Positions 17,425 through 26,481 are shown, counted from the stretch's first letter. The stretch: DNA of 64,000 nucleotides from Patescibacteria group bacterium (GCA_049317985.1 JBMOHF010000003.1:22350-86349); one strand, 5' to 3'. Notes: generated from the letters alone by a model not told the origin. A program made the numbers and translations.

Positions 17425-18264
17425 TTATACCACAATTCTTTTTAGTTCAGCAAATAAATTTTCCCAATTTTCTAAGCTCAAATCTTCAGCACGAATCTTG
17501 GGATCAAACTGGAGTTTGTTAAATATTTTATCAATTTTTTGCTTGTCTTCCCCTTTCAATTTCAAGCCGCCACAAAGATTATTTTTCAACATTTTTCGCT
17601 TAGCGGCAAAACCCATTTTTGCCAAGCGAAAAAAGATTTTTTCCTCATCACGGGTGTATTTTGTTTCTTTAATTTTAATCTTAATAATTGCACTATCCAC
17701 TTTTGGTTCTGGCCAAAAATTTCCTGCTTTAACCTCTTTAATGATTTCTGGTTCACCATAAAACTGCACCGATAAGGCCAGCATACTCATATCTGGTGCT
17801 TGCGCACAGATTCGAAGAGCCACCTCTTTCTGTAACATTAAAACCAATATTTCTGGTTTGTTTTTTGCGCCCAAAAAAGTACGAAGAAGAATTGAGCTGA
17901 TATTGTAAGGGATATTAGCAACGATTTTATAAGGGCCAATCGCTTCTGGATTAAATCTTAGGATATCTTGGTTCACAATTTCCACGTTTTCAATCCCCTG
18001 GGAATCAATGGCAATTTTTAATACTTCTGCTAAACGGTCATCAAGCTCCACGGCAATAACTTTCTTTGCTTGTTTTGCTAATTTGGCAGTCAAAAAACCG
18101 AGTCCAGGACCAACCTCAACGATTGTGTCTTCCGGCGTAATTTCGGCGCTACTAATAATTTTATCGTAAATACTTTCAGTGACCAAAAAGTTCTGCCCTT
18201 TTGATCTTTTTGGGCTAATTTCGTAAATACGACAGATTTCTTTCATTTGCTTGAGAAGATCCAT
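17425..18264 (-). CDS. rsmA: 16S rRNA (adenine1518/1519-N6)-dimethyltransferase
   Basis: 279 aa. KGQNFL motif, SAM-binding VEVGPGLGFLT, NIPYNIS motif. Confidence 0.9.
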   Translation of the reverse strand: MDLLKQMKEICRIYEISPKRSKGQNFLVTESIYDKIISSAEITPEDTIVEVGPGLGFLTAKLAKQAKKVIAVELDDRLAEVLKIAIDSQGIENVEIVNQDILRFNPEAIGPYKIVANIPYNISSILLRTFLGAKNKPEILVLMLQKEVALRICAQAPDMSMLALSVQFYGEPEIIKEVKAGNFWPEPKVDSAIIKIKIKETKYTRDEEKIFFRLAKMGFAAKRKMLKNNLCGGLKLKGEDKQKIDKIFNKLQFDPKIRAEDLSLENWENLFAELKRIVV

Positions 18265-18330
18265 ATAGTTTTAATTCTATTTATTTATTGCGAGATTATC
18301 ATACCCTGGTTCTTGAAAAACAACTAGTGA

Positions 18331-19287
18331 CTAAACGACATTAATAATAATTGCTAACCACGCGATAATAATCCATTGAATAATATAGATTATCGTGACG
18401 TTTTTACTCCAAAAAGTCAAAATAGACAGTGATTTAGCCGACAATCGATAGTAATTTATATTAATAATTGCCAACCAATAAACAACCACGGATACTAGAA
18501 TTAAAGCAGACCCTAGATTATGGTGCCAATAGGACAGCGTCGACGAATCAAGACTGACAAACAGTAAAATCAGACCAAGGAAAAGAACAACACCAATTTT
18601 AGCAACACAATTCCGATAAAAGCTTTGTTTATCGATTTCTCTACTTAAGATCGTGCCAAAATAATAACCAACCAATGAATAGAGAAACCAGGGGAAAAAT
18701 GGAAATACAACATATCGAGCCATACCAAAAAAAGGTTCAGTCAAATAAGTTAAGGCGGGATAAGAAAAATTAATTTGGCACAAAAATGGTGAAATTAAAG
18801 CAATAACCAGCGCGAGTGCTAAATAATAATCGGCTTTAACTTTTTGATATTTTAATAAAGCGATGCCCATTAAACTTAAACCCGCTACCTGAAGAATGTC
18901 TACTTCAAGTAAATAATCTATTGGCTGTAATTTATAAAGTATACTTTCTGGATGCTGAAGTATCCCAAAGTGTTGCAACAAAATAAGGGGTAAATAAAAT
19001 CTAATTAGAGACAAGGCATAACCCAAAATAATTAATTTTAATCCTCGAATAAACAACTGACGAGGTTTATTATTTTGCGAATGAATAATATTTGCCCCCA
19101 TTATAAACAAAAAAACTGGCGCCCCAAAAATGACTGCAATAAACAACACAATACTATCGAGAGTCGGATTATTAAATAATCCACTAAAAATCAGTTGCCA
19201 CGTATGTTGAATAATCATCAAAAAAATTGCGATTGCGCGAGCAACATCAAATTCGACATTTCTGTTTTTCAATGATTCTATTCTCAT
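18331..19287 (-). CDS. Polytopic membrane protein, acyltransferase-like (DUF1624/heparan N-acetyltransferase-like N-terminus)
   Basis: 318 aa, about 9 hydrophobic helices. N-terminal R-x-x-EFDVARAIAIFLMIIQH pattern. Confidence 0.5.
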   Translation of the reverse strand: MRIESLKNRNVEFDVARAIAIFLMIIQHTWQLIFSGLFNNPTLDSIVLFIAVIFGAPVFLFIMGANIIHSQNNKPRQLFIRGLKLIILGYALSLIRFYLPLILLQHFGILQHPESILYKLQPIDYLLEVDILQVAGLSLMGIALLKYQKVKADYYLALALVIALISPFLCQINFSYPALTYLTEPFFGMARYVVFPFFPWFLYSLVGYYFGTILSREIDKQSFYRNCVAKIGVVLFLGLILLFVSLDSSTLSYWHHNLGSALILVSVVVYWLAIININYYRLSAKSLSILTFWSKNVTIIYIIQWIIIAWLAIIINVV

Positions 19288-19291
19288 TAAT

Positions 19292-20071
19292 TTAACCTTT
19301 TATTCCCTCGACCTCAACCCCGACTGGTGCGTGATCGGACCCAGTAACTTTATCCAGAATAAATGCGCTCTTGAGGTGTTTTTTTATTTTTTCCGAAACG
19401 CAAAAATAATCAATCCGCCAGCCAACATTTCTCACCCGAGCCATCGCCCGATAGCTCCACCACGAATATTGGACTTTACTCTCATTTAAGAAACGAAAAG
19501 AATCAACAAAACCCTGCCCGACAAAAAAAGTCATCCAAGATCTTTCCTCGTCAGTAAAGCCGGGATTTCCAATATTTTCCTTTGGTCGCGCTAGGTCAAT
19601 TTCCCGGTGCGCCACATTAAAGTCACCACAAATTATGACCGGTTTCTTTTTTTCTAATTTTTTTAAATTAGAAGCAAGGTAATTGTTGTAGGATATTTTA
19701 TAATCCAGACGTGAAAGTTCATGATTTGCATTGGGAAAATAACAATTTACTAAGTAAAAATCGGAAAATTCCAAGATTTGGGTTCTCCCTTCATCATCAA
19801 AAGCAGCTTCGCCAAAGCCATTTTTGGAACTCAAGGGTGCGGGAAAACCATCGCGAACTAAAATAGCGGTACCACTGTAACCAGGGCGAGAAGCGCTATT
19901 CCAATATTCTTGATAGTCAGCGAAATCAAAAACTGAATCTTCCTGAGTGCTTTTGGAAATCTTGATTTCCTGCAAACACAAAACATCGGGCAATTCTGTC
20001 CGAAGAAAATCTGTGAATCCTTTTTTTAGTACTGCGCGGATGCCGTTAACATTCCAGGAAACAAGCTTCAT
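19292..20071 (-). CDS. xth: Exodeoxyribonuclease III
   Basis: ORF trimmed to ATG at 20071 (MKLVSWNVNGIRA). LCLQEIK, CGDFNVAH and SDHAPV motifs. Confidence 0.9.
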   Translation of the reverse strand: MKLVSWNVNGIRAVLKKGFTDFLRTELPDVLCLQEIKISKSTQEDSVFDFADYQEYWNSASRPGYSGTAILVRDGFPAPLSSKNGFGEAAFDDEGRTQILEFSDFYLVNCYFPNANHELSRLDYKISYNNYLASNLKKLEKKKPVIICGDFNVAHREIDLARPKENIGNPGFTDEERSWMTFFVGQGFVDSFRFLNESKVQYSWWSYRAMARVRNVGWRIDYFCVSEKIKKHLKSAFILDKVTGSDHAPVGVEVEGIKG

Positions 20072-20130
20072 AGAGAAATAATTATGTGATATAATAATGA
20101 TACTAAAAATTAGGTATTTTTTCAATCAAT

Positions 20131-20934
20131 ATGGATAACGAATTACAAGACCGGATTCGCCTCGCCGACATGAAAGAGCGACATAAAAATAAACTAAAAC
20201 CCTGGTATAAGAAATGGTGGGGAGTAACGATTATCATTCTTGGGGCAATTACTATTTCCTTGGTAACAATGGCCGCTATTTATGTCTACCAAAGCGCGCA
20301 AAGAATCAATGCTGACAGGACAGCTCTCTATTCCGGACAAAGACCGGAGTTAATCAAATCACTAATTGAAGGACAAGGACGTCCTTATCTTGGTAATGCA
20401 AATTCCGACATTGTTATCGTCGAATATTCAGATTTTGCTTGTCCTTACTGTAAGGAAAATCAACCAGCAATTAAGGCGATCATGAAAAAATATAGTGGAC
20501 AAGTAAAAATGATCTTCCGTAACTTAATTCTTCATCAAGATTCAGAGTATCTTTCCCTCGCGTCTTTATGCGCTGGCGAACAGCAAAAAAATGGTTCCAG
20601 TTTATTCTGGCCAATGCATGATCAGCTTTTTAATCTCCAAGGAAAAATTACGGAGACCGATTTGCCAAAAATTGCGACCGCGCTTGGGGCCGATGAAAAA
20701 ACTTTCTCCGCTTGTATGGCGAGCAAAAAGTACCTCGGCGTTTTGAGTTCCGACATGGAAACAGCGAGCACTTTGCAAATTACTGGATCACCAACTTGGT
20801 TTATTAATAACTATAAGATAGATGGTGTAGTTTCTGAAGCAGAATTGGAAAGTATGATTAAAGAATTAATTACCAACGGTACAGGAGTTGATCAAGTAAT
20901 TACCACTTCAACCTCCACCGAAACCAAAAAATAA
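20131..20934 (+). CDS. Membrane-anchored DsbA-family thiol:disulfide oxidoreductase
   Basis: 267 aa. N-terminal TM helix WGVTIIILGAITISLVTMAAIYV. Thioredoxin-fold active site VEYSDFACPYCK. Confidence 0.85.
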   Translation: MDNELQDRIRLADMKERHKNKLKPWYKKWWGVTIIILGAITISLVTMAAIYVYQSAQRINADRTALYSGQRPELIKSLIEGQGRPYLGNANSDIVIVEYSDFACPYCKENQPAIKAIMKKYSGQVKMIFRNLILHQDSEYLSLASLCAGEQQKNGSSLFWPMHDQLFNLQGKITETDLPKIATALGADEKTFSACMASKKYLGVLSSDMETASTLQITGSPTWFINNYKIDGVVSEAELESMIKELITNGTGVDQVITTSTSTETKK

Positions 20935-20935
20935 A

Positions 20936-21508
20936 ATGAAAGAAGTTAGAATCCATGGACGAGGCGGTCAAGGAGTGGTCACGGCAGCGGAGTTAATTGC
21001 AACGGCCGGCTTTTTGGCAGGATTTGAGACACAAGCCTTCCCTTTATTTGGAGTGGAAAGAAGCGGTGCGCCAATTTCTGCTTTTGCCCGTCTCTCAACA
21101 AAAAAAATTATCGCCAAAGACCAAGTCTATCACCCAGATTTTTTAATTATTCAGGACTCGACTCTCTTAAATCAAAAAAACATTTTTTCTGGAATTTCTG
21201 ACCAGACCTTAATAATCATTAACAGCGAACAAACTTCAAAAGAATTGGCGATTCAGATTAAAAAAGAATTATCGATCAAGATCCGTGAAAAAAATATTTT
21301 TGCCGCCCCAGCCACTGAGATTGCTTTGAGAATTATTGGAAAAAATATTATTAACACAGTGATTCTTGGCATTTTTGCAAAAGTTAGCCAGATGTTAACT
21401 TTAAATGACTTAGAAAAAGCGATTACCGAAAAATTTCAAAATAAAGGCCAGGATATTGTTAAAAAAAATATTCAAGCAATCAAAGAAGCTTATGATTACC
21501 AAAAATAA
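20936..21508 (+). CDS. porG: 2-oxoacid:ferredoxin oxidoreductase, gamma subunit
   Basis: 190 aa. IHGRGGQGVVTAAELIA signature. Starts 1 nt after the DsbA-like stop. Confidence 0.9.
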   Translation: MKEVRIHGRGGQGVVTAAELIATAGFLAGFETQAFPLFGVERSGAPISAFARLSTKKIIAKDQVYHPDFLIIQDSTLLNQKNIFSGISDQTLIIINSEQTSKELAIQIKKELSIKIREKNIFAAPATEIALRIIGKNIINTVILGIFAKVSQMLTLNDLEKAITEKFQNKGQDIVKKNIQAIKEAYDYQK

Positions 21509-21725
21509 TTCACTTAGCAATAAAACTGGTAATTGGCGAACTCATCGACCAGAAATTAATCACCAAAAATGTATTGGCTGTTCTTTGTGTGCAAAAATTT
21601 GTCCAGAAGTATGCATTGAAATGAAAAACCGCAAAGCGTTTGTTGATTATGATTACTGCAAGGGCTGTGCTCTCTGCGCCCATGAATGTCCTGTAAAAGC
21701 GATCGAAATGAAAGAAGATTATTAA
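21492..21725 (+). CDS. porD: 2-oxoacid:ferredoxin oxidoreductase, delta subunit (2x[4Fe-4S])
   Basis: CIGCSLCAKICP and CKGCALCAHECP motifs. ORF 21456 trimmed to ATG at 21492. Confidence 0.85.
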   Translation: MITKNNSLSNKTGNWRTHRPEINHQKCIGCSLCAKICPEVCIEMKNRKAFVDYDYCKGCALCAHECPVKAIEMKEDY

Positions 21726-21726
21726 T

Positions 21727-22893
21727 ATGGAAAAAAATTCAAAACAATTACTCGAAGGTTCAAGGGCAATCGCCTTAACCATTGCCAATATTCAACCGGT
21801 AGTGGTGAGCGCCTACCCGATCACTCCACAAACTCATATTGTGGAAGATTTAGCGACTCTTTACGCGAGCGGAAAATCTAGCTTTGAATACGTTCGCGCT
21901 GAGAGTGAGTTTTCAGCTGCATCAATTGTGATGGGTGCCAGCGCAGCTGGTGCAAGAACTTATAGCGCAACTAGCGGTCAAGGACTGCTACTGATGAATG
22001 AAGTTGTCTATTGTATTGCCGGCTTACGTCTTCCGGTTGTGATGACTGACGCGAATCGCGCAATTTCAGCACCAATTAATATTTGGAATGACCAAAGTGA
22101 TATCATGACCATTCGCGATGCAGGGTGGTTACAATTTTTTGCGGAAAACCACCAAGAAGCAGTCGACCAGCATATTCTGGCTTATAAGATCGCCGAAAAA
22201 CACCGCTTACCAGCGATGGTTAATGTTGATGGTTTTATTATTACACATTTATTTGAGCCGGTCATAATTCCGAGCGTGGCCTTAATTAAAAAATTTCTGC
22301 CAAAAAGACCAGTGAACAAAGGCGAAGTTCTTGATCCAAAAAATCCGAGCACGCTTGGTGAATTTTATGGACCAGAATATTATTTTGAGGCCAGACAGAA
22401 ACTTCACGAAGACTTGGTTGCCAGTATCAGAGATATAAATAGTGAATACAAAATATTTCAAAAGATTTTCGGCAGAAAAAATACCGAAGCGAGAATTGAT
22501 AATGGATTACTAGAATATTGTGGACCAAAAAAACCAAAAATAGTCGTCGTGGCGATGGGATCAATTATTGGCACAATTAAAGAAGTGCAAAAAGACAAAA
22601 AATATCAAGATGTGGGAATTTTGAAAATAAAGTGTTTCCGTCCCTTCCCACATCAGGAAATCCGAGAAGTTTTAAAAAATGCAAAACAAATTGCGGTCCT
22701 GGAAAAATCGAGTGGTAGTGGTAGTTTTTCTCCTTTATACTTAGAGATCTGCGCAGCACTACATAACGAAAAAATAATTATCAACAATTTTGTGGCTGGT
22801 CTTGGCGGAAGAGATATTAGCCGAGCGATTATTAAAAAAATGCTTACTTTAATTAACGCCAAAAATAAAAAACCAATTTTCCTTGGAAAATAA
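21727..22893 (+). CDS. porA: 2-oxoacid:ferredoxin oxidoreductase, alpha subunit
   Basis: 388 aa. LEGSRAIALTIANIQPVVVSAYPITPQT N-terminal signature. Confidence 0.9.
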   Translation: MEKNSKQLLEGSRAIALTIANIQPVVVSAYPITPQTHIVEDLATLYASGKSSFEYVRAESEFSAASIVMGASAAGARTYSATSGQGLLLMNEVVYCIAGLRLPVVMTDANRAISAPINIWNDQSDIMTIRDAGWLQFFAENHQEAVDQHILAYKIAEKHRLPAMVNVDGFIITHLFEPVIIPSVALIKKFLPKRPVNKGEVLDPKNPSTLGEFYGPEYYFEARQKLHEDLVASIRDINSEYKIFQKIFGRKNTEARIDNGLLEYCGPKKPKIVVVAMGSIIGTIKEVQKDKKYQDVGILKIKCFRPFPHQEIREVLKNAKQIAVLEKSSGSGSFSPLYLEICAALHNEKIIINNFVAGLGGRDISRAIIKKMLTLINAKNKKPIFLGK

Positions 22894-22933
22894 TTATCAA
22901 AAGTATTTTAAATAAAAAATAATTATCAATGTT

Positions 22934-24256
22934 ATGAATACTGGGAAGAAAAAACAAGTAATTACAAAAATCTTTGGATATGTTTTTGTGATATATTTTT
23001 TATTGACTGGGATTCTGGTAAACAGTGACCCCGCAAAAGCAGAGACTACTATAAATTGCCAATTCCACAAAGAGTGTATGGATGCATTTCCTAACTCAAA
23101 AATGTTGTGTTACGGACCAAAAGTGAAAATTGGTGAAACAATATACAAAGGCACATGTGCACTTTCAGGTACGGCAGTTATGGGTGCTGATTGCTACTAT
23201 AAAGAGGATTGCGCCGTTGGTACTTGTTTAAAACAACCTCATAAAAGTGCTGATGGCTTACAATGGTCTGGTGTTTGCGGTGAAGAAACAGGATCCTATG
23301 TTGCACCAATCCAAACAAACACTGTTTCCTCTCTAAAATTTACCCCGCAAATACCAATACCTAACACTGAAATGTCAGGTACAGTCGACGTTGGTCATCC
23401 TTCAGGCACAAAAATGGTAAGCGATCTTTTTCCAAAATATATTGGTGCATTCTATCGTTATGGTTTGTCTATTGTTGGGATTATCGCAACTGTGATGTTA
23501 ATGGCTGGCGGAATTTTATGGCTAACTTCTGCTGGTAACGATGGTAAAGTCTCAAAAGGCAAGGAAATGATTTTTAGTAGTTTAGCTGGTATTGCTCTTC
23601 TTTATGGCTCATATTTAATTCTAAGTACAATAAACCCCCAATTAATTCAATTAAAACCTTTAGAAAGCCCTGACATAACAAAAGTGGTAATTGATGTTGT
23701 GTGCTGTGATTTACCAGGAAAAAACTCCGAAATGACAACTTCCATTGACTGCCAAAAAAAAGGAGGGGCCAGAAAATCTGATTATTTTATTGAAAATAAT
23801 AAATGCGTCAGTAATGGCTGTTGCATTAAAGAAGAACTAAGTGAAGGTAGCTATAAAACTATTTATTGTCATCCTGGAGTGTTTTCAATGTGTGAACAAG
23901 AAAACGGCAGCACAAGAGTAATGTGGCATAAAGAAAAATGCTCCGATGACTTACTTGCCATGTTTTGCAACGGAACAACCGCTGATGGTGAAGATATCCA
24001 TGCAACGATTAATGAATGCGAAGGAAAAGATGACGGAGAAACTTGCACAGAAGGAACCTGCTACAGCCAAATTTGCAGAACAAAAAATGGAAAGATTAAT
24101 GAAAAATGCGGCAACGACGGCGGAATATGTAGTGTATATGTAGCCTTGCCTCCGTTATACTATCCCTCCTGTGTGAGTGGCGTGCACGACAATGTGCTTG
24201 GCGGTCAAAGTGGATCGAGTTGTGATATTGGGTTAAGGTGTTGCACCACTAAATAA
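22934..24256 (+). CDS. Cys-rich membrane protein with central T4SS-pilin-like (TrbC/VirB2-like) two-helix hairpin
   Basis: 440 aa, 28 Cys. Signal/anchor helix aa 12-30. Cys-rich N-domain. Hairpin IVGIIATVMLMAGGILWLTSAGNDGKVSKGKEMIFSSLAGIALLYGSYLILSTINP (aa ~165-242, nt 23426..23659). C-domain with CC doublets. Confidence 0.8.
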   Translation: MNTGKKKQVITKIFGYVFVIYFLLTGILVNSDPAKAETTINCQFHKECMDAFPNSKMLCYGPKVKIGETIYKGTCALSGTAVMGADCYYKEDCAVGTCLKQPHKSADGLQWSGVCGEETGSYVAPIQTNTVSSLKFTPQIPIPNTEMSGTVDVGHPSGTKMVSDLFPKYIGAFYRYGLSIVGIIATVMLMAGGILWLTSAGNDGKVSKGKEMIFSSLAGIALLYGSYLILSTINPQLIQLKPLESPDITKVVIDVVCCDLPGKNSEMTTSIDCQKKGGARKSDYFIENNKCVSNGCCIKEELSEGSYKTIYCHPGVFSMCEQENGSTRVMWHKEKCSDDLLAMFCNGTTADGEDIHATINECEGKDDGETCTEGTCYSQICRTKNGKINEKCGNDGGICSVYVALPPLYYPSCVSGVHDNVLGGQSGSSCDIGLRCCTTK

Positions 24257-24259
24257 TAT

Positions 24260-25129
24260 ATGAAAAACAAAAAACTCCTCCTCCCCGGACATAACGCCTG
24301 CGCCGGTTGCGGCCAACTGGTCGCAGTGCAAGCCGTGATGAGAGGATTGAATGAAAATACAATAGTTTCAAATGCCACCGGTTGTCTTGAAGTGACATCG
24401 TCTTCGCATAACCAAAGTGCTTGGAATATTCCGTGGATTCACACTCTATTTGAAAGTGCCGCTCCAGTGGCTTCGGGTATTTTAGCCGCTCTCAAAAAAC
24501 AAAATAAAAAAAATCTGCCAACTATTCTTGTCCAAGCAGGCGACGGAGGAACTTTTGATATCGGTTTTGGTCAAGTAAGTGGAATGTGGGAAAGAAACGA
24601 AAAGATTCTTTACATCTGTTACGACACTGAAGCTTATTCAAATACCGGAATTCAAGCTTCGGGTGCAACTCCATATGGTGCCTCAACAACCACCACACCT
24701 GATGGAAAAAATTCTATTGGTTCAACCCAAAACAAAAAAGATATGATTGGGGTTGCTCTTTCTCATGGTTTGCAATATATTGCTCAAAGCACTGCTGGTT
24801 TTCCAGATGACATTACTAGAAAAGTCAAAGCAGCATTGGAGTTTGACGGACCAACATATATCCAAATTCTTTCTCCTTGTGTTCCTGGTTGGAAAATAAA
24901 AAATGATGAAGCGGTAATGATGGGCAAATTAGCAGTCACGACCGGGCTTTACCCACTTTTAGAATATAGAAACGGACAACTTTCTTCATCTAGCATAAAC
25001 GGCTCTTTTATCGGAAAACCAGTAACTGAATATTTGAATACTCAAGGGAGATTCAAACATCTGGGCGCACCTGATTTAAAAATTATTCAAAGTATTGCTA
25101 ATAAAAACATCGAAAAATATAAAATATGA
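24260..25129 (+). CDS. porB: 2-oxoacid:ferredoxin oxidoreductase, beta subunit (TPP-binding)
   Basis: 289 aa. PGHNACAGCG signature and GDGGTFDIG TPP motif. Confidence 0.9.
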   Translation: MKNKKLLLPGHNACAGCGQLVAVQAVMRGLNENTIVSNATGCLEVTSSSHNQSAWNIPWIHTLFESAAPVASGILAALKKQNKKNLPTILVQAGDGGTFDIGFGQVSGMWERNEKILYICYDTEAYSNTGIQASGATPYGASTTTTPDGKNSIGSTQNKKDMIGVALSHGLQYIAQSTAGFPDDITRKVKAALEFDGPTYIQILSPCVPGWKIKNDEAVMMGKLAVTTGLYPLLEYRNGQLSSSSINGSFIGKPVTEYLNTQGRFKHLGAPDLKIIQSIANKNIEKYKI

Positions 25130-26481
25130 ATCAACGCTTAAGATTCGGAATAATTTCTGGCCTCTTTTCTTTATTGGCACTATTTAGTTTTGGTTTGGAA
25201 GCGAAAGCGGTCTGTGTTTGGGCTGATAGTTGTAATAGTACCTATTATTTAGATACATTAAACGGAACTTGTGGAGCTATCAACACAAAGCCGAAGCCGA
25301 ATTCTAGATGCTGCTGCGACGGAAGTGGCATTGAAAATGCCACGGCTATCTCTGCAAATTTTTCAACGTGTAGTTGGCAAAACGACTTATTAGGTAAGCC
25401 TTGTGGTTTACTTGCCGAGGGAGCGAGTGTTCAAGGTGATAGTTTCTGCGCTGACAAACAAAAAACTGGCACTGACGCCAAGTGTTGCTGCCTACCACAA
25501 ATTCCTCTCGTTGCCTCAAAGCCGGCTGCGGTTTTAAATAATCCTTTTGATAATTTAAGTATTCCTATTCCTGGCCTATACAAATCCCTCAGTTGCAAAT
25601 ATGACGATGCAACCAAAAGTTATGTCTGCCCAAAAGTTAATTGTGAGACTGGCGCTGACGGAACAGCGACTTGCGAAGTGCCATGGATCGGCCAATATCT
25701 AATTGCTATTTATAATTACGCACTCATTATTATTGGCTCCATCGCGGCAGTAACCGTGATGGCTGGAGGGATACTTTGGTTAATTTCTGGTAGCAACGCG
25801 TCGAGAATGAAAGTTGCCAAAGAAATGATCGTTGGCAGCATTAGCGGATTGGTTATTATGTTTTCTTCTTACATGATTATTTCTGTTGTTAATCCTACTT
25901 TATTAATATTTAAACCAATCAGCATTGGGTACATTGAAGAGGCAGCGCCAGATTACTCGGACAGTTCACTGGGGGCGGGAGATAATCCATTTCAAGCTGG
26001 TTGCGATGATTTCAAAAAGAATAAAAGCACTAAAGTCTGCGCAAGTTACGGCACAAAAAAACCAGCAAACTTGGTTAGTTATCAAGGGAAACAAATATCA
26101 GAGGAATTAAAAATAAAAATAGAAAAAGCGCTTAAATGCGTTAGTGATAAAAATGGCGGAAAAGTACTTTTCCGAATTTCAGCTGGATCGAGAACAGCGG
26201 AAAAATCTTTAAGCCTCTATAATGATTATATTTCCGGCAAATCAAAAATAGTAGCAGCAGCTCCTTGCTGCTCGAATCATTTAAGCGGAAACGCTGTTGA
26301 TTTAAACCGTACTGACGGAGTAAATATGATTGTTGGATATAGTGAAAAAACTAAAGCATTTATTAATAGCCAATGGGACTACGTGAAGAAAGTCGGCCTG
26401 GTCGACTGCATGACCCAGAATGGAATCCCTGGCGGGAAGATTGCCAAAGAACCTTGGCATTGGTCATTAACCGGAAATTAA
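25126..26481 (+). CDS. Cys-rich membrane protein: T4SS-pilin-like hairpin fused to C-terminal M15 (VanY/LAS-type) peptidase domain
   Basis: 451 aa, 22 Cys. Signal peptide. CCC triplets. Hairpin IIGSIAAVTVMAGGILWLISGSNASRMKVAKEMIVGSISGLVIMFSSYMIISVVNP (nt 25681..25917). M15 motifs SAGSRT, SNHLSGNAVDL, EPWHW (nt ~26098..26478). Start overlaps the porB stop (ATGA). Confidence 0.8.
   Translation: MNQRLRFGIISGLFSLLALFSFGLEAKAVCVWADSCNSTYYLDTLNGTCGAINTKPKPNSRCCCDGSGIENATAISANFSTCSWQNDLLGKPCGLLAEGASVQGDSFCADKQKTGTDAKCCCLPQIPLVASKPAAVLNNPFDNLSIPIPGLYKSLSCKYDDATKSYVCPKVNCETGADGTATCEVPWIGQYLIAIYNYALIIIGSIAAVTVMAGGILWLISGSNASRMKVAKEMIVGSISGLVIMFSSYMIISVVNPTLLIFKPISIGYIEEAAPDYSDSSLGAGDNPFQAGCDDFKKNKSTKVCASYGTKKPANLVSYQGKQISEELKIKIEKALKCVSDKNGGKVLFRISAGSRTAEKSLSLYNDYISGKSKIVAAAPCCSNHLSGNAVDLNRTDGVNMIVGYSEKTKAFINSQWDYVKKVGLVDCMTQNGIPGGKIAKEPWHWSLTGN

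Noticed and set aside
20131-26481. Interpreting the two pilin-like proteins as evidence of a complete type IV secretion or conjugation system.
   Set aside because: No VirB4/VirD4/VirB6-type ATPase or channel genes, relaxase or oriT-like features are present in the window. Only the pilin-like hairpin domain is present.
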